Part shown: in pieces, positions 49,653-63,859 of the stretch
Layout of the letters: each line of letters begins with the position of its first letter
How positions within the stretch are numbered: the stretch's first letter is position 1
Assembly (NCBI RefSeq): GCF_006345805.1
Contig: NW_021835991.1
Span: 442,137-506,136, forward strand
Source: Octopus sinensis
Lineage: Eukaryota
DNA: 64,000 nucleotides
Direction: 5' to 3'
The notes under the pieces: generated by a model
What the model was told of the DNA's origin: nothing
The model's input: only the letters and a program-made list of their open reading frames with translations
Databases searched by the model: none
Program-made: the position numbers and the translations under genes

Positions 49653-52600
49653 TTAGTCGGCCAATTGGCAAAATAGAGCTGCCCCTCGCTGTATCCAGTG
49701 ACTGTCCTTTTGGTCAGTGGGAAGGTTGACTGCCACAATAAAGTTAGTAGAATGACCTATCGTTCTAGAATAAATATAAACCAGTAGTTGAGAGGACTCC
49801 TGACCTCTGCGTGGTTTTATAGAGAGGGGCTATGTAATCGTGGCTTGGAGGAGTGAAATTCTGTGTGGGTAAGACGTGGATGACAGGCATAATGGAGGAC
49901 ATTTCCCTGTAGTTCATCTCGTCCATTTGACCCTGGTCACTCCATCGGAAGCCTTGGGTGTAAAGTCCGTGAATGAGAGCGCCGTCTTCAATGTCTTGAA
50001 TCTATGGAGTAGTGACTAAGACTAACTTGAGTATCGACTGACAATGGTTGGCCAAATTTGCGAGTCCTGATCTCTTCTGCGAGGTTTGATTGGTGGATGT
50101 ATTGGGGAAGAGGTTGGAAACTAAAGGAAAGAGTGTCAATGGGGAGTTGATATTTGCGGGAATAGTTCTGTAACACGGCAGTGAGGAAGCCTGATAGAGT
50201 GAGTTGTGTCAACCTTGGGGGAAGAACAAGGCAGGTATCCAAAAAGATTTAGGAGTGCCATTTTTAATCCAAAAATTGAAGAATTCACATCGCATTGTAA
50301 GATCGAGAATCCAGGAGGAGAGAGAGTGAAGGGAAGGGTAAGCGACCCTCTCCCATATTGAGGGGACCTGTTTCATGAAGAACTGATAATTGCCTGATTT
50401 TTCAATAAAGAATTGTAGCACATTTCCAAGTCTTCAGTGAGGACTTGGAATCCTTGGATTGCTCTCTGCAAGTGATTGAGGGACTTCTGCAAATGATGAG
50501 ATGATCAGACCTGAATAGTTTCCAGCAGATAGGTCATTTTTTCTATTTCTTGTGATAAGAAAATGGCGAGGGAATTGCTCTTGGTCTATTGGATGAGTGG
50601 ATTGGTCAACCAATGTGTATTTTGCTAGTTTTAGGGGCAATTGTTGTTGAATTGAGTTGATTAATTCCTTTACGATCTCGTCACTAGTTTGCCCAGTTCC
50701 TTTGACCGCGATGTGTGGTTTAATGTTCCTGATGGTCTCTAGCAAGTCAGAGGATTGTGACAACTATCGACTGAGAGTGAAAACATACTTGGAATGATAT
50801 ATTTGCATTTTCGTGCATCCCGAATATATTAGGTGAATCTTGCAAAGGCAGTCCGTCTAGAAAATGTTTGTTCTCTTAAAAATCAGTGATCTCTCTCCCC
50901 CCATAAGTAATCTAGTGATGAATACACGTGACTACCTCTCTGTTTATGTAATTGAGGGAGTGCCAGGGAATAGTCCCGCCACTGCATAAGAACGTAGCGT
51001 TAAGAAGAGAACATTCGCGGTCAGAATCGGTGAACTCGTACTATTTGTAAAGTAACAATAATCTTACCATTATATTCCATCCCAGTGGCCCGTATTTCTT
51101 CCGCTCTAATACGACCGCGTGAAACAGACTCAGACTATAGACCAGTTTTCTCCACGTAAGCTCTCCAATACCTCCTTCTTTCTCCTCGAAATATTCCTCG
51201 CCTAATTCCCGGAATGACCTCTCCACGTTTGCCCGAATTCCCTTTGGAGCCTCATTCGTCACTTTGACACAATTCTGGAGGACTGTCACGGGGAAAAATG
51301 AGGCTGGCATGGAGGAAAGGAATAGTCGGAACGAGTCATTTACACCTTCGGGGTTTTCTTGAATATTCAGGACAATCTGCTCCAGGCGGGCCATCCACGA
51401 TTTTGCCAAATGACAATTTTGCAGAAAAACCCAACTCCCATCCTTCAAGGCTGTTTCGATATACTTTTCTGCCACAGGTCCCTGTCCTTGTCCCAAAGAC
51501 AAAAAGAGACACCTACCATTTTAATGAGGAGGTGGAGACCTGTCCTGCATTTCATGTTCAACGCTCAGCTTTTGAATGGCCCCGAATGGGTCTGAGCCAG
51601 TGCTGAGTACCAAGAGGAGAGGAGTCGTTTTGGAGGTGTGTTGATAAACCGAGGACATGTCGAGTGGCCTGGTTTGGATGTACTCGTGTCCCAAGTTGTC
51701 TCTGATTAAGTTGGAAATCGCGTGAGTCAGCTAAATCAGTCGGCTGAAAATAGATTACTTGATCACGTCGGCAGACTTTTACGAGCAGGATTTTTTGGAA
51801 AGGTGTAACGGACTCCACATGGAATTCATCAAGTTGATTGTCTGTCAAGAATATCTGCCATCGAGAATAAAATAGACCTTTGAGTCCCCACTGGTCACAT
51901 ATGCACGTGTTTGTGCAAAGCAATTGGCGAGATCCTCGGAAATGATCGACTCAATGTCTCCTCGAATGAACAAATCGAGTTCGTGGGATGTGAGGTCATT
52001 GCGGGCAAGCATTATTTCGACGCATAACAGAAAAGAAAAAACAAGTTTATGTTTCTCAAACAGTCCCCTGACTTTAAGGACTAAGGAATACCGAGAAACG
52101 TGCAAATAGGCGTCGATGGATATTGCTTGGACAAGACAGTCCAGTCTGGTGTCCCCCGACTCGACACAGTCCAGAATGGATTGGGAGAAAATCTATTTGT
52201 GGTTAATGAAAGCATTTGAAGCCTGTTTGAAGTATTGGAGGGAGAACTGGTACATTGGGTCTACTTTGGCCATGTCCGCGATGACAAAATACAGAATTGC
52301 GCCTCGCTCAGCAACACTTATGTAAACGTCCCGTGCCCGAGTAATCTCTTTTTCGGTTATTTCCGTCTGGGCAAGACGAGAGGAGATTTGGCTGAATTTG
52401 GCCTGAGTAAGAAAATTGAACAACTTTGGATTCGTTGAGAGCAGTGATGAGTTGAGTATTATCGAGGACATTTCCTTCTGAGTCGTACAAAAGGACGAGG
52501 ACTCGGTCGATGATTGCCTTAAGTTGATTTCTGTCATTGTTTATTTGAAGGATCAATTCATTCCGGTCTTGTTCTAGTTTTGGCTTCTCAAGTTGGACGA

Positions 52601-55600
52601 CATGACTATCATTTATCATTGTTCTCTTGCCTCAGCAGTTGATCTTGGAGTCCCCCCAGTGTGACTGTAAAATTGATTACTGTCACTCGTGTGAATATGT
52701 TGGGCTGGTAAACGGGATTGTTCAATTTTGTGGTCATGTAAAGTCGGAAATGAGGGTCGTATTCCACATCTCGGTCCCCCAGTGTGATCACCCCGTCCTA
52801 TCAATTAAATTTATCGCTCACTCTCTTCTCGAGGACTGAGTAAAGAAGAGGGTCCACTGACTCTCCCACATCCTCGATCAACAAAGGCACCCCAATTCGA
52901 ATTGCGTTCTCTAATGTCCTCGCAAAATGCTTGTCCGTCATTTTAATAACTTTAAGGTCATTGGCAGCCTCCATGCTTCTTATCCACGTGTTGGCCTGTT
53001 CTTAAAACAAAGAAGGAGACCTGTCCTTGTGGGTCAATCATGAGTGGCCATCGTTTCCCTTTGGTGGCGAGGAGTGCGTTCTGAATGGAGACTTGATTGT
53101 TGGGAAGTTTGTTGGACGTCCAGTGGCGCACTTGATAGGGTGAGGCAAATATTTGTATTATGTCATAGTCCTCTGATATTGGTATTCCCTCTCTACGCGC
53201 ATACTTGACCCATTTCAATATTAGTCTTTCTCGGTAACCAACACTGAATGCACCCACATACGTCACCCAAGCAGAACACACCATTACATCCCAACGAGGT
53301 CCTCAATCTTTTTTTCCAGTGTCTAAAATTTGACGTTCTCTACCAAACTTTTATTTCGGCCTCCCAGATTTCTTTCTCGTCGCCCAGAGCCTCCATTAGC
53401 TTAGAAGCGCGTCTCAGTCGACCGGTCGTGGTTGAAATCTGTTTTTCCAAATTTCTCTTTTCAAGGACACTGGCCTCATAGGCATTTTGTAATTCGCTGA
53501 TTTGTTGTTGGACGTTGCTGAGTTGGGTCTGCTTGGTGTGGAGAACCGTCATGACTTGCTTCAAGTCTTTTTCGGCCACAGCAAGTCTTGTGTGTTTCAA
53601 CTAATGTACCTTTCCTTTTTGGGCCGGACAGTTTTGTTTACTTGGGCAAACAAATAAATAGCCCTAACCCACATGCATAAAGATTTACAGGCCTAAACCA
53701 TAAAAAGTGACTTTACTTTGACACTTTTTCAATCACTTGAGGAGTAAAGTTCTCATTCTCGATGTATTTCTTGAGTTTCCGAAGCACTGAATCGTTTATG
53801 TTCTCTTTATCGTAGTCGTATAGTTTTCTGATCAAGTTAGTGTCCGACAGCAGTTGCTTTGCGGACGCCCAGTCGGTTCTAAATCAAAGATTCGAAAAGA
53901 CTTTAAGTGAAAGAGGACACACACAGCTTCCATGACAGTCTGCACTAATTCGGGTGGGGTTTTGAATACTCTGATTTCTGCAATGTCACTTTTATCGAGT
54001 GCGTCGAGGGACTATTTCTCATCATAACAAATTACTTTAATGGCAGCCTCCAGTTCAGGCAGAGCCTCCTTCAGGTCACGCTGAGCATCCTCCGCAATGG
54101 CCTTGGTTTCTTCCGCCTTTACTTTCACCACAGCCTCGTCCTCTAGCACCAGTTTCCGTGTCTAAGCGTTACTTTCAGATCCTCACAATATCTGCTTTGT
54201 CCTGGTCTTCCGACAACTTTTCCATTAACTTTTCAGTTTCCTTTGACTTTTCTTTAAGCACAGGCTCCAGTTGATGGAGTTGTTTTTCCATTGAAATGAC
54301 GATTTGGTTAGTTTCTATCAGTTTGGCCAACCCGTTTTTAATCTTTTGATGTTCCCGAGAGAGGTCCCTTGAAATAATAAAATGCAATTACTCTTTGGTC
54401 GTGCTAAGCATAGATGTAAACAAGTTGAGTAATTCGATATAACTGACTGGATTGAGGCAATAATGTCTTCCCATTTCTTCCTCAAATTTGACTGACATTT
54501 TGTGGACACTGCGATGCACTCGAATGCAGCAATCACACAATTTTCCCTAGACTGTGCTTATTAACACAACCATTAAATTTTCGTCTTTCAATTCTATTTT
54601 ACTGATAAATGAGTGAGCCACTGAGTGCAGTCCCTCATCTTTCCATTCTTCAAACCAGTCAATAATGCAGCAGTTCACCAAAGATGGAAACATCCTGTAA
54701 ACAGTCCGAAATTCAGACGCACTCAGTGTAATGACAACGTGCAGATTCCGCCTGAGTAGTGACTATCACATTACTACCGCACACGATCGATGAACGACTC
54801 ATAGACCGCCTCACGACTGTCAGTCAATCCCTCAGATTGACAGCTCATTATAATTTGTTCCACATCCTCGTCCTCAAATAAGTCGGGCACATGGCCGGAA
54901 TTCAGAATGTCGTTTATTTCTTGAAGAAAGTCTTTAATTTGATTATCTGCGAGCAGAAAGACGACATTCCGGTCATCAATTCCCGCTATTTTGTAAAGTT
55001 TTTTGACGTCTTCTCTAAAGGCGTTGGAGTCGTATTTGGGGGTGACTTTGATCTCAAAGCACTCATATTCGTAAATTTGTGCGGCCAGTCTGAAATGACT
55101 AATCAGTTTGACCTGGTGAAACATTTCTTGCCCGTTCCCCCAACTCCCACGAGGAGTCCATTCCCCCGTTCTTGGCGAATTATGCGGGCGATTCGTGAAA
55201 CATGCTGAATGGCGTCTTCAAACAAGATCAAGTCACTTTGATACTGACAGTAGAGAGAACTCTCGTTAACCTCAGTGAGCATTCTTCTCAGCTTGTTTTT
55301 GTCCATTTCCTCGTACTTTCCCCTGTTCATCAAATCACCGTAAATTGGAGGGTTGGTCATGAAAGACTACAAATGACTGAGCCAAACACTTCGTAAGTGG
55401 AAGAGGTCTGTCGCAAAATAGTTTGAAACAAATTTTGGTCAGTTTGATCGATGAGGCGGTCTTGAAATGCCCTGGTGATTTCATGATAGAAAAGTTTGTA
55501 AAGTGATTGGTCGTCGAAGATGGTCTTGACTTGCATGATTCCTGAAACACGTGCACACTCTTACCTTGGAAACATCTTGCCAAGTCTCTCAGATTGAACG

Positions 55601-58600
55601 AGTAGTGACACTTGGAGGGGGTCGGGAGCAATTCGTTCTGCATTCTCTGGTAAATTTCGACGGAGGCCAAAATCACCGAGTCGACTGCCAGTCTGACTTG
55701 GTGGGGAAATTCCATAACTTGCAAAATGTTCTGAAGTATACTCATCCAGACCACCTGGAAAATATGTTTGAGGTTGTGATCTGAGGGAGGGGGGACATTA
55801 AGGATGGAAAAATGCCGAGTGAAGCGATTGGTCATGCACCCTTGAGGTCCACAGGCGGCCATCAATGTCACGTCCTAGAAATATTACAATCCCTCAACTG
55901 TGATCCATCGCCAGCCCAGTGATTGCCGATCATATAATCCTCTCATGTCCTGCAACTGCCTCAACAATTCGATTGGAGGCTGGCACCCATAAAGGTCGGG
56001 TTTAGGCATGTTTACGTCATCAAGGAAGACCACCATATGCTTCCCTTTCGAAGGCCCTAGGAAATATGCTCAATTAGTCACCTAAGATGTTGCGGCGGTG
56101 TTTTTCAAGTTTAGCTTCAATCATTTGCTGAATGCTGGCACTGCTCGTTTGCGCCGAAAAATTGAGGGAGAGAGGCAAGACATTTGACTGAGTCCTCAAT
56201 TGGTGCAATGTGTTCCGTGCAATTACAGACTGGGACATCCATGACTTGGTACCTTGCCAACTCCACTTTTCCCCACAAACATGACGGGCATTTGGACTGT
56301 GATCAACTTATCAGCCAAAAAGCCGTATTTGACAGTGTCACTGTTTGGGACAATCATATCGAAGAACCCACTGCCCGAATGGAAGGGGGGAATGGCTCGT
56401 TCCCAATGCTCCATTTTTCTTGTCTCAGTGTCCACGTAGTAACTCCAGAGATCACCTTGGCCGGGAATCTGTTGATTGACAGGAACTACCCTGACGTCGC
56501 CGTTCTCTTCAAAGAGTTGTTTAATGAACGTATCAAACACATCCCAGTCAGACTCGACTAAATTCCCTCCGATAGCCCACAAGTAGCAAAAAACGAAAAT
56601 TGTGGAAATAACGGTTCGAGAAGGCTCTTTGAGGGGGAAGAGAATAGACTCGATGAGTTTGCAGAGAGTAGTAACCTTGGCCAAATCACACTACAAATTC
56701 TCGACACGTGCAACCTGCCGAATGACCTGGGTGGTCTTGGTGGACACAAAATGAAGACCCTCGTCTACATATTTTGTAAATAGTTCGAGAATGTGGTTGA
56801 AAGTGGTCTCACTTAGTTTCTTCTTGTGCGACTTCAACCATCTTTGCACCCACGGAAGCCATCCGAGATCTTGTGAATCAACGTAGAGCATTCCACATCT
56901 ATTTGTCCAAAAAAATTGTCTACCGACTGACAGTTGCAGGCGAGGCGACGGACAGGTCCTCGACTTCGAAAAGCATGCGGACGTTTGGAGTGAGTTTAAT
57001 ACGCTCACTGTTGGGCAGACAAAGCATTTTATTGTCGTCAAGTACAGTGTTCATGTTCTCGATCCACGAAGCATCCACAGGTCCGTCGCAGATGACCCAG
57101 TGGGGGTTGTTGGCCTGTATTTAATGACAATGACTTACAGAAACGGCTTTTCTTATTGTCAGGGCCATCAGTCCGTCTTTCCACTCCAAAGTCTGTTTAT
57201 TCACGCCGCCGTAGAGTTCTTGCATTGAAATGGCTTTCGGGTTGATCACACAAGTCTCCACTGATCCCACGTGTCCCTCAACTTGTGCCAACGTCTACTC
57301 AATGTGACATGTCATTCACTTGGTACAACGTCGTCTTGCCACCACCGGTGGGTCCCACCAGCATTACTCCGTGCCTTACCAACATTGTCTCGTACAATTG
57401 GACAATTTGCTTGGACTGTGCCTTCACAACACTCAAGTTGTTTTTCTGACAGATATTCCCAATTTCCCGACTGAACTCTTCGTAGTCGTTTTCACCAACA
57501 GTGATTCCTGGAAACAAGTCAAGGACAATGTCCTGTGGGTTAGTTAAACATTCCACCAGAAACAAATCCGCGTCTCGTCTCATAAATTTGGGGAGATTGG
57601 CCCCTCGGATTGCCCTGATCAAAACGATGCTTTCATCCTCGTCTGGATTTTGTTGTTTTTGCGAACCGGCCATGACCAAGACTGATTTGAGGGCTCTCAT
57701 GCCGAAATCGTAGTGATCCTGCTGGGAGAGTTGCTCCGAACAGAGTTTGTAAAGTTGGACAACTTTGTTGGAAAGGTATTTAGAAGTTTGGAAGCCTTGT
57801 GAATAGAGAATGACCTCTGCAATGAGTTCTAATATAATAAAGTAATTTGGAGGACTGTAATCGGGGACCATCATAGAGAAGGGACGGAAAAGTGCTTTCA
57901 AGTTGTCAGGCAATTCTGTACGACCAGCATAGGAAGGATTCATGGTTATAAAAGTAGCACAAGTCGGGACAAGTTGGACATTTTTTCCTTCAAAGTTGAA
58001 TGTGGTTAGTTTAGCTGCTTTTGCGTTGCGTATTGTGATGAGTTGTTGGGCAATAACTGAGAGGACTTGAATATCAATTCGATTGAACTCGTCGAAACAG
58101 CACCACGAGCCAGACTGGACAAGACCAGTGAAAAACCTCCCCATGGTCTACATAAATTGATGAATTTAACTTGATAGTCCAATCCGTCCGAACAATTGAA
58201 CACAACACAATGCTTTCCCAGTGTCTTGGCCAGGTCTTTGGTGGTTTCGGTCTTTCCGGTGCCAGCAGGACCAGCTGGTGCCCCGCCAAGGTCGAACTGG
58301 AGTGCGCCCATCAAACAAATGTAACAACGGTCCTGAATACAGGAGAGAACATACAGTAAGGGGGGTGATCACCAGTCGGGAGGACGCTCCCACATATTCG
58401 TAGCCGTATTTATATTCGGAAATAGACATTCGCACAACACAGTCCTCGGCCTCCCAGTAATACCGCAGCTGTTTTACCCATGCAAAATCTCCAATGTCAG
58501 TGATCTATTTTTACTTGAATATGTTTTACTCTGTCTGCAACAAGTTGACTAACTATGTCTCGGCAGTGGACATTGATTGTTATAAGTGTGCAGAGAATTT

Positions 58601-61600
58601 GCTGAAAAAGCTCTGAGTTGGGCTGTCGCACTTGATCAGCCAAATAATTCAATCGGGCTACGCTCGTTTGCTCAAAATCAGACATTTGTGACCCATTGGA
58701 TAATATTTGAGAGATGGTCTCACACCAGCATATTTGGGACACTGTCAAGACCACCTGCGAGGGCCACGTCTTGACCCACTCCTCAAAGGGTTTTTTGCTG
58801 AGGAGTGCCTTCTTGGTGTGATTACGCACACTAATGAGCATGGCCTCTTCTACATTGGACAGCCAATCTTCCACGTTTCCACGAGCACGGAGACCCTGTT
58901 TGGTCAATTTATGTGACACGAACTTTTCTTAACTTGACCTTTTCGCCTTCGGGAGATATCATGGCAAGTATGTTAGGAGTGCTTGGTTCGAATTCGAGAG
59001 ACTTTATTGCGTCGAAACATTTATTCAGATGTGGCTGCACTGCCATGGGGTTTCGAGTCTGAGCCAAAATGTCCAAAAGTTGATCGTTGGAAAGAAAATA
59101 GAACCGCGGAAAAGCCTCTCTTTTTGTTTCCAAGTACTTTTCGAGACATTTGAGAATTTGTTGAAGCATTTGATTGTTGTTGGTGAAAGTATCAACCAGT
59201 CCTGCTTGTTCGAGGGAATATGGTACCTGCCTGAGTGCATGCTCGAATTGCCAGAGGCACACGATGAGTCTTCCTCATTATTTCCTTGAACGACTTGTCC
59301 ACTTTGGAAAAGAGTTTGGACTCCTCGGGAAGCTGTCGTTGTATCTCAGGGGCAGAAAAGATGGATTCCAAGTACATCCAAGACTTTTGGCATTCGAGCC
59401 ACTCGTTCTGATCTCCATAATCACTCCACTTACCAGCGTGGCCTCAAAAACTTGGAATTGTTTTTTTAGTTCTTCTACTCTCGAACTGATCGGGCCCACA
59501 TTTCTCGAGGAAAGGATACTGGAGACACCCACAATCGAATCATCCAAGAGTTGCTCAATGTCCTCAGTTCCTCCAAGCACATAAACGTCTCTTTGCTCTT
59601 TGTAGACAGGGACGTGGAACTCGGTATGCTTCCACGAGTCCTCGATCTACGATTTTGGGAGTTGAATACTTTTTTGAACATTGACTCAAGTGCGGCTTCG
59701 GATGAAGCCTTGGTGGATATTTCCTTAATTTGCTGGTCGTATTCAAAGGCATTGCATTGCTCTAGACTGCAGATAGTCATGGAATCAATGTTTATAATTT
59801 CATTGATCACGGCCCAGTGCCGTGCTTTCAAGGCCGGGTTTTTCAGGTTCATCAAAACAGGAATTTTGTACTTAATATAATTCACCTGCTAATACATAAA
59901 ACTTTCATACCCGTTCTTTCAACTGGCTGGTCATTAAATTCGGAGACAGTCCTTTGTCCAGTTTTTGCACAATCTTCCAATACTTACCTGTGATCGAGTC
60001 AAGTTGGTCTAAGTCGCACTGCTTTAGATCGACCTACCACTGTTTATCATCAACAAACGTCAATCCATGACTGCACCAGGGTTTCCCATTCGTCTATCGA
60101 ATTCCACAGAATCGTTTTGAGCGAAATTTCCTCTTGTACGTCTTCCAACTCCTCATATGTGGTGACCTCCAGTTGAAAACGCAGTTGGTGACTCCTGTAC
60201 AATTCCGTCTTTTCTTTCAGTTCCTCCACACGTGCACCGTGAATTCCCAAACAACTCAGGATCTCCTCCTTATTTCCCGCCGGGTCAAGATTGGATGGAT
60301 TCTGGAATTAGATATCGACCTACTTGGACACTTTTCTTGATTTCCTTGATTTCTTTGAATAATTCACATGTGTCCTTGTCCAGCGAGAGACAGAGTTTCC
60401 GAATCATGTCTTGTCGCTCAGCGGACACTTTATCGATGCTGTTACGCACATTATTTATTGTGGGAGTCACAGTCTGAGTCGCTCTTACTCACAAACCTGG
60501 TAGATCACGTCGTCTTCAGGGGGCGAGGGGACACTGAACTTGGAAATGAGTTCGTACATGTCCCTGATGATGTCAATTTCACTTTCCACAAAATCAATCT
60601 ACGCTTCAAAATGGTCTACAAACTCGTTCTTGTATCTCGTCCAAGAAGAGCAGACTTTGCACAATTTCAGGTGTATCGCTCGGTCGCATATCCAGACGGA
60701 ATTGGGCGTCATTAAGACCACTGAGAACTTTGTCGACCATCTGGCGTGCCTGGTTGGGAAGAACGTCGTGGATGTACTATAAGTGCTTTAAGGGTCGTAC
60801 TTGAATGCACCGATTGGGAGAGGGACATAACTTTTGTTTAAATTCACGAGCATCCACAAGGAGCAAACCGATAGCACGTTTCTCGACAATGCTGATGGCC
60901 ATTCGGCTTTCAATGTGATGCTTTTCCAATGAAGAAGCCAAGAACTGAACATGTTTGTTAAGAAACGAGTCAATTCCGAGGGCCTCGTCCATGTTGTAGA
61001 ACTCAAGGTAACTGGAAAAAGTTTGCGCGTATTTATTGGCTGCTGAGAAGGCCTTTCCAATGCAGTCCTGCAATACGAGCACGGAAATACCTGTACATCT
61101 TTTCTGACTGCCTGTAAGTGTGTATCGTCTTCGAAGATAGCCTTCAAGTTTGGTCCCGTCCCACTCGTCCTCTCCTCAAATTTATTGTTGATGAAAGGTC
61201 TTTTGTTGGTGTGAAGAATTACTTTGTGAATGGGTGGAAGTGAGGGTCGGGTAAGAGATTTTCTACTGCAATCATCGTTTTTGTAAAGTTGTTTCCTATT
61301 TCTTCCAATGCAGTCTCAAACGTCTCCAGATTGGGCGAGAATTCAATTTGTCCGTTTTCGAGCAGCATTTCGACCAGGAAAGAGGGACATGAGTCAATTA
61401 CTTGGTCAAATGGTTTCTAGCATTGTCATTCCAAGGTACCTTTGCTTGCCTTATATTGACTTGGATTCCTGCCTCTTTCAGGCTGAAATATTCTTCCAAG
61501 TCACCACTCACGTCTTGCTTAGTCCGAGTAAAACTGGAAATGATATTGTCGGAAGGAGTGAGGTTTATTTGGTTGGATAAATAGTTTTTGATAGTCTCGA

Positions 61601-62924
61601 TCGAGCGGACCGTAAGAGTGTGGAATGCATTTGTGATCAAATAGTCCGACAAACAGACGAAACTACATTCTATTAGTTCACCTAACCATGTCAGTCGCCT
61701 GCATTCCTCTCTCTTGGCAGCCTGTTCCGTATAACTTAAATTCTCACAGGCTTCTGCGAATTCAGCCATTTCCTCTTCCTCAGAGTCACCTACTTGTGTT
61801 ATCATTGCGAGGACTGTCGTAGATTTCACGGAATGGATAGTCGTCGGGGTTGAAACCCTTCTCGAGCAGGGCAGTTCGACAGGCACATTTGATCACGTCA
61901 ATCACAATGCTTCGGAATTCCTTTAATTTCTCCTGCATTTGGGCAGTCGACGAAGCGTGGTCTTGCACAAACTTGTCCAGACTCACTGTTTGGTCGTATG
62001 CCAGGTTAGTCAACGTCAGATCACAGATTCGGTAGCTCATTCCTCGAAGACTCAAAAGGGCGGACCGGAGAGGCTTGGTATAAACACTGAAATCTACCGG
62101 ATTGACCAAGAAAAGAGAGTTTTCTATTTGTTTTTTAGCACTTTTAATCTTTTCGCAGCGAATAGTCCAACGCCAGACCATGAATGCCTTCCATCGCTTA
62201 AATTGTTGAAAGGTAGGGATCTGATGGACTCGTTTTAATGTACTTTGTGGATAGCACGGAAATGTTTATATTCTTGTTCAAACACATGAAGGTGAGTAAA
62301 GTCAACTTCGTCGCCCTGTCTTGTTCGAGTGAAGCCTACTCCACTCATTGTGCAGTAATCCGTCTTTGAAATCTCCTGATAGTTAGTCACCCTAAAATCG
62401 ACTGATTACACTCACTTGAGATTGTAGTAGTGGTACTTCACACTCGACTTGCTTACTGCTGGGACCAAATAGAAGAACCCCACCCACGGGTTTTCACGAA
62501 TTACCCCAATCGTCTCCAGCAAATTTCTATTTCCCCAGTATTCGTCCATAAACTTCAGTTGTGTCTCGATCTTGTTTCGAGGCAAACAAGCCAGTTCTTT
62601 CGGTAGCGACACCTCGTACTTGGCCAACACAGCCTACAGTAATCATATTGCTTTACCTTTCGCAATTGTATGTTGTCCAGAGATACCTTTTTCACTTTCG
62701 CCTTAGTTTTCACCTCCACTTGTCTTTTCTCCCGAATGTAAGACGGTTCTTTCTGCACTCTTCCCAAGAATGGCTAGACTTTTTATTTTTTACTCCAACC
62801 AGTGGCTCTAGCTGGGGCAGTTTGGGGCATCCCCCTCTCGTTGTCTCACGTACTTTCACCCACGGCAGTTCGCATGAATGGTTTTTTCCTAATTGTCACT
62901 AATCATAAAAAGCTTACTTCTCAT
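49653..62924 (-). CDS. DNAH6: Axonemal dynein heavy chain, DNAH6-type, about 65 introns of 20-30 nt
   Basis: [10 protein letters not shown] (AAA1), GPTGGGKT (AAA2), GKSGVGK (AAA3), GVGGTGK (AAA4), stalk, [15 protein letters not shown]-terminus [22 protein letters not shown]...[13 protein letters not shown]; N- and C-terminal motifs fit DNAH6 from memory. As assembled: three homopolymer -1 shifts and a 95-nt deletion with a stop near 50880. Confidence 0.85.
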
Positions 62925-62980
62925 TCTGTAGCCTGGTTACAATACATGAATAACATTTCAATTTTTTTAGTTATTTAGAG

Positions 62981-63859
<879 letters not shown>

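Larger units (their letters stand above)
41965..50917 (+). repeat. 9-kb tandem duplication, unit B
   Basis: Near-identical to unit A; continues into the main dynein gene. Confidence 0.95.

Noticed and set aside
49653-62924. Stop-codon reassignment as the cause of the fragmented ORFs
   Set aside because: Stops fall within GT/GC-AG micro-introns or follow homopolymer slips; Gln and Trp use standard codons.
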